From an uncultured bacterium (lineage in GTDB: Bacteria > Fidelibacterota > UBA2242), in assembly GCA_964546145.1 (NCBI GenBank), contig CAZJIU010000001.1, positions 23,132 to 74,429 on the forward strand: a DNA stretch of 51,298 bases. The letters run 5' to 3'. The position numbers were made by a program, and so were the translations under genes. Below, piece after piece: positions 37,603 to 47,006 of the stretch. The notes under the pieces are model-generated. The model was not told the DNA's origin. It was given only the letters and a program-made list of their open reading frames with translations, and searched no databases. Numbering within the stretch: the first letter of the stretch is position 1; every line of letters begins with the position of its first letter.

Positions 37603-38685
37603 TCAGACCTTGACACCGATTTGGCGATAGTAGTTGTAAAGATGCTGAATGACATTACGGTAGTCATGATACTTTTCGACCCAATTTCTTCCTTCCTGAC
37701 CCTTTTTTAAAATTAATTCCGGATGTTCGATATAGTGAATTAGAGTCTGCTTAAGATTGTCAGGTCGGACATTGATGAAAGGATGATCAGGAATGAATTG
37801 TTCGTAAGTCTCATTTAGGTAAGTGGCAGTAGCAATACCCATTGAGAGAGATTCGATGGAGTTCATACCGTAGCCCCAGGTCAATTCTCCGATGTGGTCA
37901 ATGAAGATGTCGGCTTGGCTTTTCAATTGAATTACTTTTTCGTGTGGTTGATTTTCGATCAAGAGGAAGCGAATTCTGTGGCTCCTTTCCAGATCCCGGC
38001 AGGTACTGATAATAAGATCGGAACCCTTGATAATCCGGCTGGTAGTGGCATGGCAAATGGTAATTGGATCCTCGATCTTCTTCTTAGTCTCAAAAGCCCG
38101 TACGTCATAGGGCAGGAACAGATATTTCAGGTTGGGGTGCATGTAAGTCAGGTCGAGTTCGTTGGTCAGATTCAGGTCACTCAACTCATCCATCTCCGGA
38201 ATGATGCCGCGATTACGCATATCCTGTCCGTGGTAGTGGCAGATGATCTTTTTGCCCTGGACTTTCATTTGCCTGGCAAAACGGGCATCGCGGTGGAAGT
38301 CGAGTCCCCACTCGAAGTGGTAAACATCAAAATTATCAAGTTCATATTCACGGATTGCTCGGTTGATTTTAGGTTGCCAGAAAATTTCCCGCAAAGCCAT
38401 CACCTTTTTTTGCCAGGCTGGTGGATTCCATACTGGCGGATAGCCTTTCAGATTGACATGAATCTCGCGACCTTCCACAAACCGAGATAGTGCCTTTCGA
38501 CCTTTGAGGTACCAGGGGCGGGAAGCAATTAGCGGCAGATTAAGTAATATGTCATTTTCGAAACCGGCAATTGTTTTGAAAAAGGTAACATAACGACAAT
38601 AATGCCCGTTTAACTCATGGGCTTTTTTCCAATAGGAAAGAGTTCCCACAGTATTTTCTGGTGAGATATAGAGAATTTTTAGCAT
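37603..38685 (-). CDS. Divergent GT-B-like protein (putative glycosyltransferase), function unknown
   Basis: 360-aa soluble ORF. The only weak signature is WGYGMNSIESLSMGIATATY, where GT4 enzymes carry EX7E. Tightly packed between two GT4 genes (3-nt gap downstream, 7-nt overlap upstream). Confidence 0.4.
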   Translation of the reverse strand: MLKILYISPENTVGTLSYWKKAHELNGHYCRYVTFFKTIAGFENDILLNLPLIASRPWYLKGRKALSRFVEGREIHVNLKGYPPVWNPPAWQKKVMALREIFWQPKINRAIREYELDNFDVYHFEWGLDFHRDARFARQMKVQGKKIICHYHGQDMRNRGIIPEMDELSDLNLTNELDLTYMHPNLKYLFLPYDVRAFETKKKIEDPITICHATTSRIIKGSDLIISTCRDLERSHRIRFLLIENQPHEKVIQLKSQADIFIDHIGELTWGYGMNSIESLSMGIATATYLNETYEQFIPDHPFINVRPDNLKQTLIHYIEHPELILKKGQEGRNWVEKYHDYRNVIQHLYNYYRQIGVKV

Positions 38686-39812
38686 CTTAAAACCTGGCGG
38701 TAAATTCGATCTAGGGGCTCTTCCATTTTTGACCAGTTATACTGTTCGCGGACTGCCAGTTTGCCATTTGCCCCCATCTTTTGCCGTAATTCCGGTTTGC
38801 TGAGGAGAAGCATGATAATTTCAGCCAGTTTTTCGGGGGTAGGTGGATCTACCAGCATGCCACTGCCGGTCTGTTCAATATAAATTTCAGTTGAAGGTAC
38901 CCGACAGCCGAGCACCGAAATTCCGGCACTCATAAATTCAAAAGGCTTGATCTGAATCGAGCGTTTAAATGATTCATTTGGACACATCGAAGAGAGACCG
39001 ATTGTGGCGGTGCTGATTAACTGCGGCACCTCGGTATAGGGGATCAAGGGTCGGAATTCAACCACATCTTCCAGATTATACATTTTTACGATTTGATCGA
39101 GTTGCTCCCTATAATGCGGCATAATGCTCCCGACGATCACAAGTCTGGCGATCGGAAAGCTGATCTTAACATTGCGCATAGCCTCAACCATGACGTGAAT
39201 GTTACGCGCAGGTACCAGTTGACCATGATAGAGAATTATCAGTCTGGTGTGGTCAGTCGGTTTCGCTGCCGGTTGATCGAACATAGGTACGATCGGGTAA
39301 TTATAGATCAGGGTTATTTTCTTGTGAAACGGCTTAAACCCCTTTGCTACCCAGGGTGTTACTGCAATTACGTAATCGGTAAAAAGGGAGCAACCCCATT
39401 CCAGCGCTTGGGCGATGACGGCGGGGATGAAAGTAAACCATTTGGAGTGCCGACTGAATTCGGTGAAAAAGAAGTAGACTGTTTCATGAGCGTCATAAAT
39501 GATTTTTTTGCCATATTTGTATTTCAAGACCAGAGCGAAAGGCAGAAATTCGAATTCATGGATATGATATAAATCTGCCCGCACTTTCTTTGACAGCTGG
39601 TAGGCGCGAAATAGGTTTCTAAGAATCCTGTCGTCAGTAAATAAGTGGAAAGAGACCCCTGCAGCTGGTTTTGGGCAACCACGATTGGGGGCAATCAGCG
39701 ATATATGCTGATACCACTTCGATAAAGTGAGAACCTCTTTATAATATATTCGGTCATCCGTTGGTGAGTGACCAATGGTAACATGACAGATACTTAAAGA
39801 GCGCTTGGTCAT
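38679..39812 (-). CDS. Family 4 (GT-B) glycosyltransferase
   Basis: N-terminal ICHVTIGHSPTDDRIYYKE (GT4-like N-domain) and C-terminal ESFKRSIQIKPFEFMSAGISVLG. 377 aa. Confidence 0.75.
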   Translation of the reverse strand: MTKRSLSICHVTIGHSPTDDRIYYKEVLTLSKWYQHISLIAPNRGCPKPAAGVSFHLFTDDRILRNLFRAYQLSKKVRADLYHIHEFEFLPFALVLKYKYGKKIIYDAHETVYFFFTEFSRHSKWFTFIPAVIAQALEWGCSLFTDYVIAVTPWVAKGFKPFHKKITLIYNYPIVPMFDQPAAKPTDHTRLIILYHGQLVPARNIHVMVEAMRNVKISFPIARLVIVGSIMPHYREQLDQIVKMYNLEDVVEFRPLIPYTEVPQLISTATIGLSSMCPNESFKRSIQIKPFEFMSAGISVLGCRVPSTEIYIEQTGSGMLVDPPTPEKLAEIIMLLLSKPELRQKMGANGKLAVREQYNWSKMEEPLDRIYRQVLRC

Positions 39813-39813
39813 C

Positions 39814-41262
39814 TTATCTGAATAGAAGTAGTATTTTTAGCGAGTTGATTTCCTCTTTTTTGAAAAAGCCGGAGATACGCAGGATTAGTGGAAACGTCAG
39901 GATAATAATGATCTTAATTACTACCGGCAGGCTAAAAATGTAGGCGGAGAATCCGGCAACGAAGGAGATTAGGAATAATATAGCTACCCGACGTTTTTCG
40001 TAGGGAACCCGAAATAATCGCTGCGAGACAAAGAAGGTCGAACAGGCAAGGACAAAGTAGCCGATGAATGAGGCCATTGCCGAACCAACCAAGCCAAGCA
40101 GAGGAATCAACAGAAAATTAAACAGGATATTGACTCCTGAAGCAAAAACAGTAATATAAGCCAGATAACGTGTTTTTTTCTCGAAGTAGATGCCGGGTAA
40201 AAATACCTGATTGATGCCAAAGAATACATATCCCAGCAGGATGAAAGGTACCATCGGCCCGCAGCTTTGATATTCCGGACCGATCAGAAAAATCCTGCCA
40301 ATATGGAAATTGATAATCTCAGGGATGAATACAGTTAGGATGACCCAGATACACATTTCGACCAGTACAAAATAGGTTAGGACCCGGGCAAACAGGGGGC
40401 GGGAAGATTCATTGGGCCCGGCTTTAATGAAGAATGGTTGCCAGGCATAATAGAATGCGGTTGTGATTAGGAGCATGAATATGCCCAACTTATAGCCAGC
40501 ACTGAATATACCAACAGCATCAAGACCCAAATAGTGCTGTACAATGTAACGGTTGAGCATCTCCATCGCAGCTGTCGCCAGACCAGTCGGGATAAAAGGT
40601 ATCCCAAAAAACACCAGGACCCGGGCAATATTACGCGAAAAGGTAAACTGAATTTTTGCGACCATAGTTACTAGTAACAGCAGTGTGGTCAAACCGGAAG
40701 CAATAATGTTGCTTTGAAAGATGCCAATAATTCCCGTCCTTTGATAAACTACGAAGTAGATATTTAGTGCCAGGGTAACCACAACATTCAAAAGCCGGAT
40801 ACCGATAAAGAGTAGTGGCTTCTCCTGGAGCCGTAAAAAGGCCATGGGTACTCGCTGAAGGCAATCGAAGAATAAGATTACTGCCGCATATTTAATCAAA
40901 ATGCTATTCTCGGTTGAGGCCAGTAAAATCCGGCTTAGGGGACTGTTCAGTAAATAAATAGTACCACTTAGCAAAATGCTGCTACTGATTGCCATCCAGA
41001 TTGCGGTTGATAATACAATTGCTCTTTGCTGGGGATTAGGATCTTCGTCATAGTGACGCATTACCGCCGAGTCGAGACCATAATTGTAGATGTGGTTCAA
41101 AAAGGCAGTGAAGACAAATACCAGAACCGCTAACCCATATTCTGCCGGCGCAAGAATATTGGTATAGACCGGTAACAACAAGAAGGTGACGAGTCGCGAG
41201 ACGACCGTACCAAAGCCGTAGACTAAAGTCTGTTTGGTAAGCGAGCGAATGTTTGAGGACAT
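39814..41262 (-). CDS. Wzx-like oligosaccharide flippase (MOP superfamily polysaccharide biosynthesis protein)
   Basis: 482 aa with roughly 12-14 TM segments. The N-terminus LTKQTLVYGFGTVVSRLVTFLLLPVYTNIL is typical of the PST/Wzx family. A 1-nt gap separates it from the next GT gene. Confidence 0.8.
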   Translation of the reverse strand: MSSNIRSLTKQTLVYGFGTVVSRLVTFLLLPVYTNILAPAEYGLAVLVFVFTAFLNHIYNYGLDSAVMRHYDEDPNPQQRAIVLSTAIWMAISSSILLSGTIYLLNSPLSRILLASTENSILIKYAAVILFFDCLQRVPMAFLRLQEKPLLFIGIRLLNVVVTLALNIYFVVYQRTGIIGIFQSNIIASGLTTLLLLVTMVAKIQFTFSRNIARVLVFFGIPFIPTGLATAAMEMLNRYIVQHYLGLDAVGIFSAGYKLGIFMLLITTAFYYAWQPFFIKAGPNESSRPLFARVLTYFVLVEMCIWVILTVFIPEIINFHIGRIFLIGPEYQSCGPMVPFILLGYVFFGINQVFLPGIYFEKKTRYLAYITVFASGVNILFNFLLIPLLGLVGSAMASFIGYFVLACSTFFVSQRLFRVPYEKRRVAILFLISFVAGFSAYIFSLPVVIKIIIILTFPLILRISGFFKKEEINSLKILLLFR

Positions 41263-41293
41263 ATTACCGATTTATCCGGAGTTTGAATATCAA

Positions 41294-42268
41294 TTAAAAG
41301 GATTTTTCCATGGCTTTGCGAATCATATTACGGCTGCCAAAATGCTCTTTGAACAGGATCAAGGTTTTGCTGGGGGTGAGTGGATTGGCAGCCAGGGGCA
41401 ATTGGGAAACCCCAAAATCAAGGTAGCGGAAACCGGACTGGTAAGCCCAGCGCATGGTTTCCCAGATTTGGAGTGAGGCGGGCTGTAGTGCCTGAAATTC
41501 GTCATCCATCATGTTATAAAAAATGATCACAACCCGTGAGTTCGCGGTGAAATTCAAGGTACCGCCAATTGGTTTGTCTTTGTGGTAGCACATCAGCAGA
41601 TTTAATTGCCCGGGAAAGAGCTGGTCTAGTTTTTCAAGCTCTAGCAGAGAGTGAGTCGGTTTAACCCCGTGCTTGGCTTTATTCTTGACTAAGATCGGAT
41701 AATATTCGGCAAAATTCTTATTCCATTCCAGACGGATTGCGGGATTGGTTTTCAGATTGCGGACATAGCGTCGTTTGCGTTTATCCATCCGATTGAAAAT
41801 TTCCTCCTCGCTGCCGCTGAGATCGATGAAGCTGGAGATGTAATTTTCGATGGTATTGTACTTCCGCCAACCTAGGGCATATTCCATGGTTTCATCATAG
41901 TTCTCGAAATACAGCGCAGGAGTCGGGATAAAAAATGTTTTATGAAATCCCTGACTGCGGCAGTAATCTTCAAATAGTTCGATGATTTCGTCCGCCTCAT
42001 TGTAACTGAGTTTACCAAAGATAAAACCACCATAGCTGGCACCGGGGTGAGAGTGGAGTGTTTTTTTACCGTCATTGGCAACCTCGGCAGCCGGGAAAAG
42101 GGCAACGATGGAGCCTTTTTTCTGAAAGATAAGTGAGTGATCTATAAAAGTCCTGCCGATATGATAAGTCAGAAAATTTCGATAATGAAACAGATTGCCA
42201 TTATTAGATTCTTTGACAAACCGATCCCACTGCTCCTGTTGGTTAGTCTGATATCTGGATATATTCAC
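41294..42268 (-). CDS. FemAB-like / BioF2-like GNAT-fold acyltransferase
   Basis: 324 aa. The C-terminal FRYLDFGVS...LILFKEHFGS matches the FemAB-family (Y/L)DFGG...FKxxFG pattern. GTG start lies 9 nt after AAGGAG. Confidence 0.6.
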   Translation of the reverse strand: MNISRYQTNQQEQWDRFVKESNNGNLFHYRNFLTYHIGRTFIDHSLIFQKKGSIVALFPAAEVANDGKKTLHSHPGASYGGFIFGKLSYNEADEIIELFEDYCRSQGFHKTFFIPTPALYFENYDETMEYALGWRKYNTIENYISSFIDLSGSEEEIFNRMDKRKRRYVRNLKTNPAIRLEWNKNFAEYYPILVKNKAKHGVKPTHSLLELEKLDQLFPGQLNLLMCYHKDKPIGGTLNFTANSRVVIIFYNMMDDEFQALQPASLQIWETMRWAYQSGFRYLDFGVSQLPLAANPLTPSKTLILFKEHFGSRNMIRKAMEKSF

Positions 42269-42298
42269 GCCCTGCGACTCCTTTAATTGCTGCGGAAG

Positions 42299-43702
42299 TT
42301 AGTCTAAATCGTCCTCAAAAGCAACAAGGTGAGTTTTGCCAAATGCCTCCCACAAACGCCGGCTGGATTTTTTGCATTCATCGAGTATCAGCTCTTCATC
42401 TAGGGTCAAAAATGACCTATCATTATAGATAAATTTTCCGTTGACCATTACCATATTTACGCTTGTGGCAGACATTCCGAAAAGCAGATGGTCCAGATAA
42501 TTGTTTTTATTAATGGGTGTCACGGGGATATAATCAAAGATCACGATATCAGCATTGGCGCCGCGCTCAAGGATTCCGGGTTTGCCAGCGAAGTAGAATC
42601 CGGCAAATGTGCGGTTGGCAAGCAGCAAAGTTTCGATATGTTTCATAATTGTATCGTGGCCAAATCCCTGTTGGCGGTAAATTAGATACACCTGGCGTAA
42701 GGCAGGGAGAATATCCTGGTGATAACCGGCTGTTCCGATTCCTTGCCGCAGTTTTGCCGGAGCGGGTAAAGAGGGCAGTTTAAATTGATTTGGGGCAAGC
42801 GCTGTAGGTACATTGACCAGGGTGGCACCCTTTTGGATAATTAGCTCCAATTCCGTGGAACTCGGGAAAACACAACTGACTAATAGCGCGCTCTCATTAA
42901 TCAGATCGAATTCATTTAAGCGTGAGATCGGTCCCTGGTAACCAAGTTTTTTACAATGTTCAATCTCAGCGGTGTCTCCTAGATGAATGTGGATACTAGG
43001 TTTGCTGCCGATTTTTTCGGCTATCGATCCGAGCGATTTTTCTGATAATGAGCGATTAACCTGCAATCCGAACATTCCTCGGATCCGTTTATTGTCACGA
43101 TATTGCTGGATGAAAGTATGATTTTTCTCGATGCTTTGGATGAATTTAGCGGTCCCATTGGTAGCGGATGCTTCATAGCTAAGCACAAACCTGACCCCGC
43201 TCTGTTCAATAACACTTGCCATATTCTTAAGTACATTGCCAGTATCTGGTGGTGATGAATGAAGTTCAAAAGTGGTGGTAACACCGGCGCGAATTGATTG
43301 CATAATACTAAGCAGTAGTGACAGTTGAATAGATTCAGCGTCCAGACATTGACTAAAATCTGGCCAACAAGATTGTTTGGTATGCCAATCTTGACCGCAA
43401 TGATAAAATTCTGGTAAACCGACTGCTAAACTGTAGCATGAATGCTGATGAAGATTAATTAATCCGGGAGCGATAAGCCGTCCTAAGGTATCATAGGCTT
43501 CCGGATTATCCTCTTTGGGAATCTGATTAAAGACTGTTTTCTCATCACCGACTGCGGCAACTTTACCTCCGGTAATATAAATAGCTCCGTCATCAAATAC
43601 ATTGCCTCGACCATCGATCAACGGACCGCCGTAGATAATGACGGGTTTTGAGCCTGATTTGGGCCAACTTTGATCTTGATTAGGTGAAATGGAATTGCTC
43701 AT
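42299..43702 (-). CDS. Amidohydrolase-superfamily protein (metal-dependent deaminase/deacylase-like)
   Basis: HxH motif in GLINLHQHS after a beta-sandwich N-terminus (IYGGPLIDGRG...GKVAAVG). The C-terminal ADIVIFD...VNMVMVNGKFIY is typical of the fold. Substrate unknown. Confidence 0.65.
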   Translation of the reverse strand: MSNSISPNQDQSWPKSGSKPVIIYGGPLIDGRGNVFDDGAIYITGGKVAAVGDEKTVFNQIPKEDNPEAYDTLGRLIAPGLINLHQHSCYSLAVGLPEFYHCGQDWHTKQSCWPDFSQCLDAESIQLSLLLSIMQSIRAGVTTTFELHSSPPDTGNVLKNMASVIEQSGVRFVLSYEASATNGTAKFIQSIEKNHTFIQQYRDNKRIRGMFGLQVNRSLSEKSLGSIAEKIGSKPSIHIHLGDTAEIEHCKKLGYQGPISRLNEFDLINESALLVSCVFPSSTELELIIQKGATLVNVPTALAPNQFKLPSLPAPAKLRQGIGTAGYHQDILPALRQVYLIYRQQGFGHDTIMKHIETLLLANRTFAGFYFAGKPGILERGANADIVIFDYIPVTPINKNNYLDHLLFGMSATSVNMVMVNGKFIYNDRSFLTLDEELILDECKKSSRRLWEAFGKTHLVAFEDDLD

Positions 43703-43859
43703 CTTTCGGTCCCGTTTATTTTATGAAAGGAATAAAAATATAAAAGATATTGCCTCTTACTAACTGTTGATCTTAAAAATTATTGGATGGTTTCGATGAG
43801 GTATTAGGTCAGTAGTTTTTTAGGGCTTAACAAGTAGATCCGAATATTATCCTTTATTG

Positions 43860-46034
43860 CTAAAAAATTACCCGGTCAACTTCTCGCTTTTCATCAATGT
43901 CGGTGTGAATCTGACAATGCTCGATAGGTTCAGTCCCTTTGATGAATATCTCGGTTTCAACCGGACAGTATTTCGAGGGCAGTAATTTGGTTTCTTTACA
44001 GATTTGGACCTCAATAATGCCTTCAGGTCGAATAAAGGGCTTACTCTTCCAGCCCATGATCTTGTGAGTTTCGCGCATAAATCTTGCCCAGATCGGAAGT
44101 GCCGCAACGGCCCCAGTTTGTTCCCGCCCTTTTTCTTTTCCCAGTGAAACTGTCGGATTATCAACACCGACATAGACGCCAGCGACTAAGTAAGGAGTGT
44201 AGCCAACGAACCAGGCGTCAGTATTATCATTGGTTGTTCCGGTCTTCCCTCCGGCGATGTGGTTGAAGCCGAAACGCCAGCGGGCACTGGCACCGGTACC
44301 TTCATTGATATTCGTTTCCAGTAAGCTGGTGACAACGTAAGCAGTTTCCTCACTGAACACGTATTCCTGCTGGGGCGAATAGCTGGCGATTGTATTTCCA
44401 TAGCGATCTTCAATCCGGGTGACGGCAATCGGTTTAACCCAGACGCCGTGGTTAGCGAAAATACCATAGGCTGAAGTAATTTCGATTGGAATAACAGATG
44501 CCGAGCCCAGAGCAATTGCGTCAACGGCAGGCATAGGAGTTGTTATGTGCATTCTGCGGGCGGTTTCGACTACTGACTTTGGTGAAATTAGTTCCTGAAC
44601 CAATCGTGCGGCAACCAGATTCAGGGAGCGTTTGATCCCTTCACGGAAGGTAGTTAATCCTCCGGTCGAGAGATCGAAGTTGTTCGGGACCCAGCGCTTG
44701 CCATCTTCCATGTAGACAACGATTGGTTGATTAAGTAATTGGGTTGTTACCGGGAAACCATTATCAATTGCGGTGGCATAGACAATCGGTTTGAAAACTG
44801 ACCCTGGTTGGCGCTTAGCCTGGGTTGCGCGATTAAACTCCGATTCATTAAAATCACGGCCGCCAATCATTGCCAGAATTTTTCCAGTAGTCGGATCGAT
44901 GGCAATCAAAGCACCCTGAACAATCAGCGAATAACCTAAAGCCGGGTCCATCGGTGTTTCACCCCGAATCATTGCTATTACCTGTTCTACAGTTAATGAG
45001 GAGTCAGGAATGATTGCATTAATCTCGTCTGGATGCTGTAGCAGCCGATTGTTTAAAATTTGTTGTTGAACCTTGAGGTGATTTTGGAAAGCCGAGTCTG
45101 CAGCAGCCTGGATTTCGGTATTGAGAGTCGTGTATATGGATAAGCCATCACGGTATATATCAACCTGTAAGTTTTCCTGCTCTTTCTGTAGCCACTGGCG
45201 GACATACTCAACGAAGTAGGGAGCAATTGTTGGGGGCAATTCAGGACGATTGACTTGTAAGGGTGCATTGCAGTAAAGGGCAAACTCTTCGTTGGTTAAA
45301 TAACCTTTCTCCAGCATGCGGTATAAAACCAGATTGCGCCGTTGATAGGCACTGATGGGTCGGTTAATTGGTGAATATCGGCCGGCATTCTGAATCACAC
45401 CGGCTAATAGAGCGCACTCGTCAACTGTCAGTTGATCAGCGGTCTTATTGAAATAGCGTTTCGCAGCAGCTTGGATACCATATGCTCCACTGCCCAGCCA
45501 GCTGGAGTTAAGATACATTTCGACGATCTCATCCTTGCTGTACATCCGTTCGATCTGGAGGGCGGTGAGCAACTCCTTGATTTTGCGGGTAATGGTCTTC
45601 TCAAATCCGATTGATTCATAGAGAATCCGGGCTAATTGTTGAGTCAGGGTGCTTGCTCCCTGTCTTTTACTAAAGGTTAGGATATCCATTACTATTGCCC
45701 GGGAAAAGTCCCGCAAACTGAGACCCCAATGATTATAAAAACGCGAATCCTCAATTGCAATCACGGCATTAACCATGGCCTGAGGAATTTTATCAATCGT
45801 CACATATATTCTACGTTGAGTATATAATTCCTGTAGAACCTTGCCATCTTCGGAGTAGATCCGTGTGATTAGCTGCGGTTCGATGTTTTGCAATTGATCA
45901 ATAGAAGGTAAATCCTTGGAGCAGTAGGATAGAATGCCGATTACTATTAATGAGCCGAAAATATAGAAAACCATAACGTACAGCAATGCTGCGGACCAAC
46001 TGATAACCTTTTTATTGCGATCGGCGCGTCCCAT
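43860..46034 (-). CDS. mrcA: Class A penicillin-binding protein (PBP1A: GT51 transglycosylase + transpeptidase)
   Basis: N-terminal TM segment. GT51 motifs EDSRFYNHWG and RQGASTLTQQL. Transpeptidase motifs SVFKP (SxxK), SLN (SxN) and KTGTT. Confidence 0.95.
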   Translation of the reverse strand: MGRADRNKKVISWSAALLYVMVFYIFGSLIVIGILSYCSKDLPSIDQLQNIEPQLITRIYSEDGKVLQELYTQRRIYVTIDKIPQAMVNAVIAIEDSRFYNHWGLSLRDFSRAIVMDILTFSKRQGASTLTQQLARILYESIGFEKTITRKIKELLTALQIERMYSKDEIVEMYLNSSWLGSGAYGIQAAAKRYFNKTADQLTVDECALLAGVIQNAGRYSPINRPISAYQRRNLVLYRMLEKGYLTNEEFALYCNAPLQVNRPELPPTIAPYFVEYVRQWLQKEQENLQVDIYRDGLSIYTTLNTEIQAAADSAFQNHLKVQQQILNNRLLQHPDEINAIIPDSSLTVEQVIAMIRGETPMDPALGYSLIVQGALIAIDPTTGKILAMIGGRDFNESEFNRATQAKRQPGSVFKPIVYATAIDNGFPVTTQLLNQPIVVYMEDGKRWVPNNFDLSTGGLTTFREGIKRSLNLVAARLVQELISPKSVVETARRMHITTPMPAVDAIALGSASVIPIEITSAYGIFANHGVWVKPIAVTRIEDRYGNTIASYSPQQEYVFSEETAYVVTSLLETNINEGTGASARWRFGFNHIAGGKTGTTNDNTDAWFVGYTPYLVAGVYVGVDNPTVSLGKEKGREQTGAVAALPIWARFMRETHKIMGWKSKPFIRPEGIIEVQICKETKLLPSKYCPVETEIFIKGTEPIEHCQIHTDIDEKREVDRVIF

Positions 46035-46115
46035 CTGTAATCGAAGTTTACATTTTTTCCAGGTTTTTTACAATGTCCAATCTATAGACTAGCCAACTGT
46101 TTGGGTATTAAACGG

Positions 46116-46955
46116 TCACTTAAGATGCTTTGTTTCTGAGGCAATAATGTTAAGAGCCAGTGCTGACATGAATTTTGAGTAAGGTTTTTTAATCTTTGCA
46201 GCTGCAGCTTGAACCTCGTAGTGACTCAGGGGCGTTGTACTTATTCCGGTAGCCATGTTAGTTACCAGACTGACCACTAAAACCTGGAGCCCCAGGTGGG
46301 CGGCTACTAAAGCCTCTGGTAAGGTTGACATTCCGACTACATCACCGCCGAGAGCCCTGATTATTCGGACTTCGGCATTGGTTTCATAACTGGGTCCGGT
46401 TGTCCAGCAATAGGTCCCTTCAAATAGGCGAATTCCTAACTGCCTACTGACGGATCGGGCGATTTTTGCCAATTTGGGAGTGAATATCTGTTCGGGAGCC
46501 AATTCGTCGGGAATTATTGGCAGTTGTGCAAAATTGATAAAATTGCGAATCATTGTTATTCCACCGGCGATTAGGTCTGGATTGACACTGCCCGCAGCGT
46601 TGGTCAGGATCAGGTTTTTAATTCCTAAGCGGTGGAGGAGTTGCACATAGAAGGTGACTTCAGCCAGGGTTTTCCCTTCATAGTAATGTACTCTACCCTG
46701 AATTGCAATCAGCTCCGCCTCCGAAATGCGCCCGAAGATTATGTTACCCTGATGCCCAGCTACTGAGACACTCGGGAAATGAGGTATTTGGCTATGCTTG
46801 AAGGTGAATTCGGTTTTCAGTTGGTGGGCAAAATATCCTAACCCCGAGCCCAACACAATTGCTATTGTCGGGATGGATGGAACCCTCGAACGAATATACG
46901 CCTCGGCTTCGGTTAATTGCTTTGGCGGAACAACAAAATCAAATTTATCGGTCAT
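46116..46955 (-). CDS. punA: Purine nucleoside phosphorylase, trimeric PunA/PNP-I type
   Basis: Contains IVLGSGLG, HYYEG, GPSYETNAE, and VVGMSTLPE. These are the PNP/MTAP family-2 signatures. Confidence 0.8.
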   Translation of the reverse strand: MTDKFDFVVPPKQLTEAEAYIRSRVPSIPTIAIVLGSGLGYFAHQLKTEFTFKHSQIPHFPSVSVAGHQGNIIFGRISEAELIAIQGRVHYYEGKTLAEVTFYVQLLHRLGIKNLILTNAAGSVNPDLIAGGITMIRNFINFAQLPIIPDELAPEQIFTPKLAKIARSVSRQLGIRLFEGTYCWTTGPSYETNAEVRIIRALGGDVVGMSTLPEALVAAHLGLQVLVVSLVTNMATGISTTPLSHYEVQAAAAKIKKPYSKFMSALALNIIASETKHLK

Positions 46956-47006
46956 AAATCACCTGATTCCAATACTTACACAAGTTATCAAGAATCCAAA
47001 GATAAG

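Noticed and set aside
37894-39572. Long plus-strand ORFs (198 aa at 37894-38490 and 159 aa at 39093-39572)
   Set aside because: They are antisense to well-supported, tightly packed glycosyltransferase genes. They have no SD sequence or motifs. Such frames commonly stay open opposite real genes.
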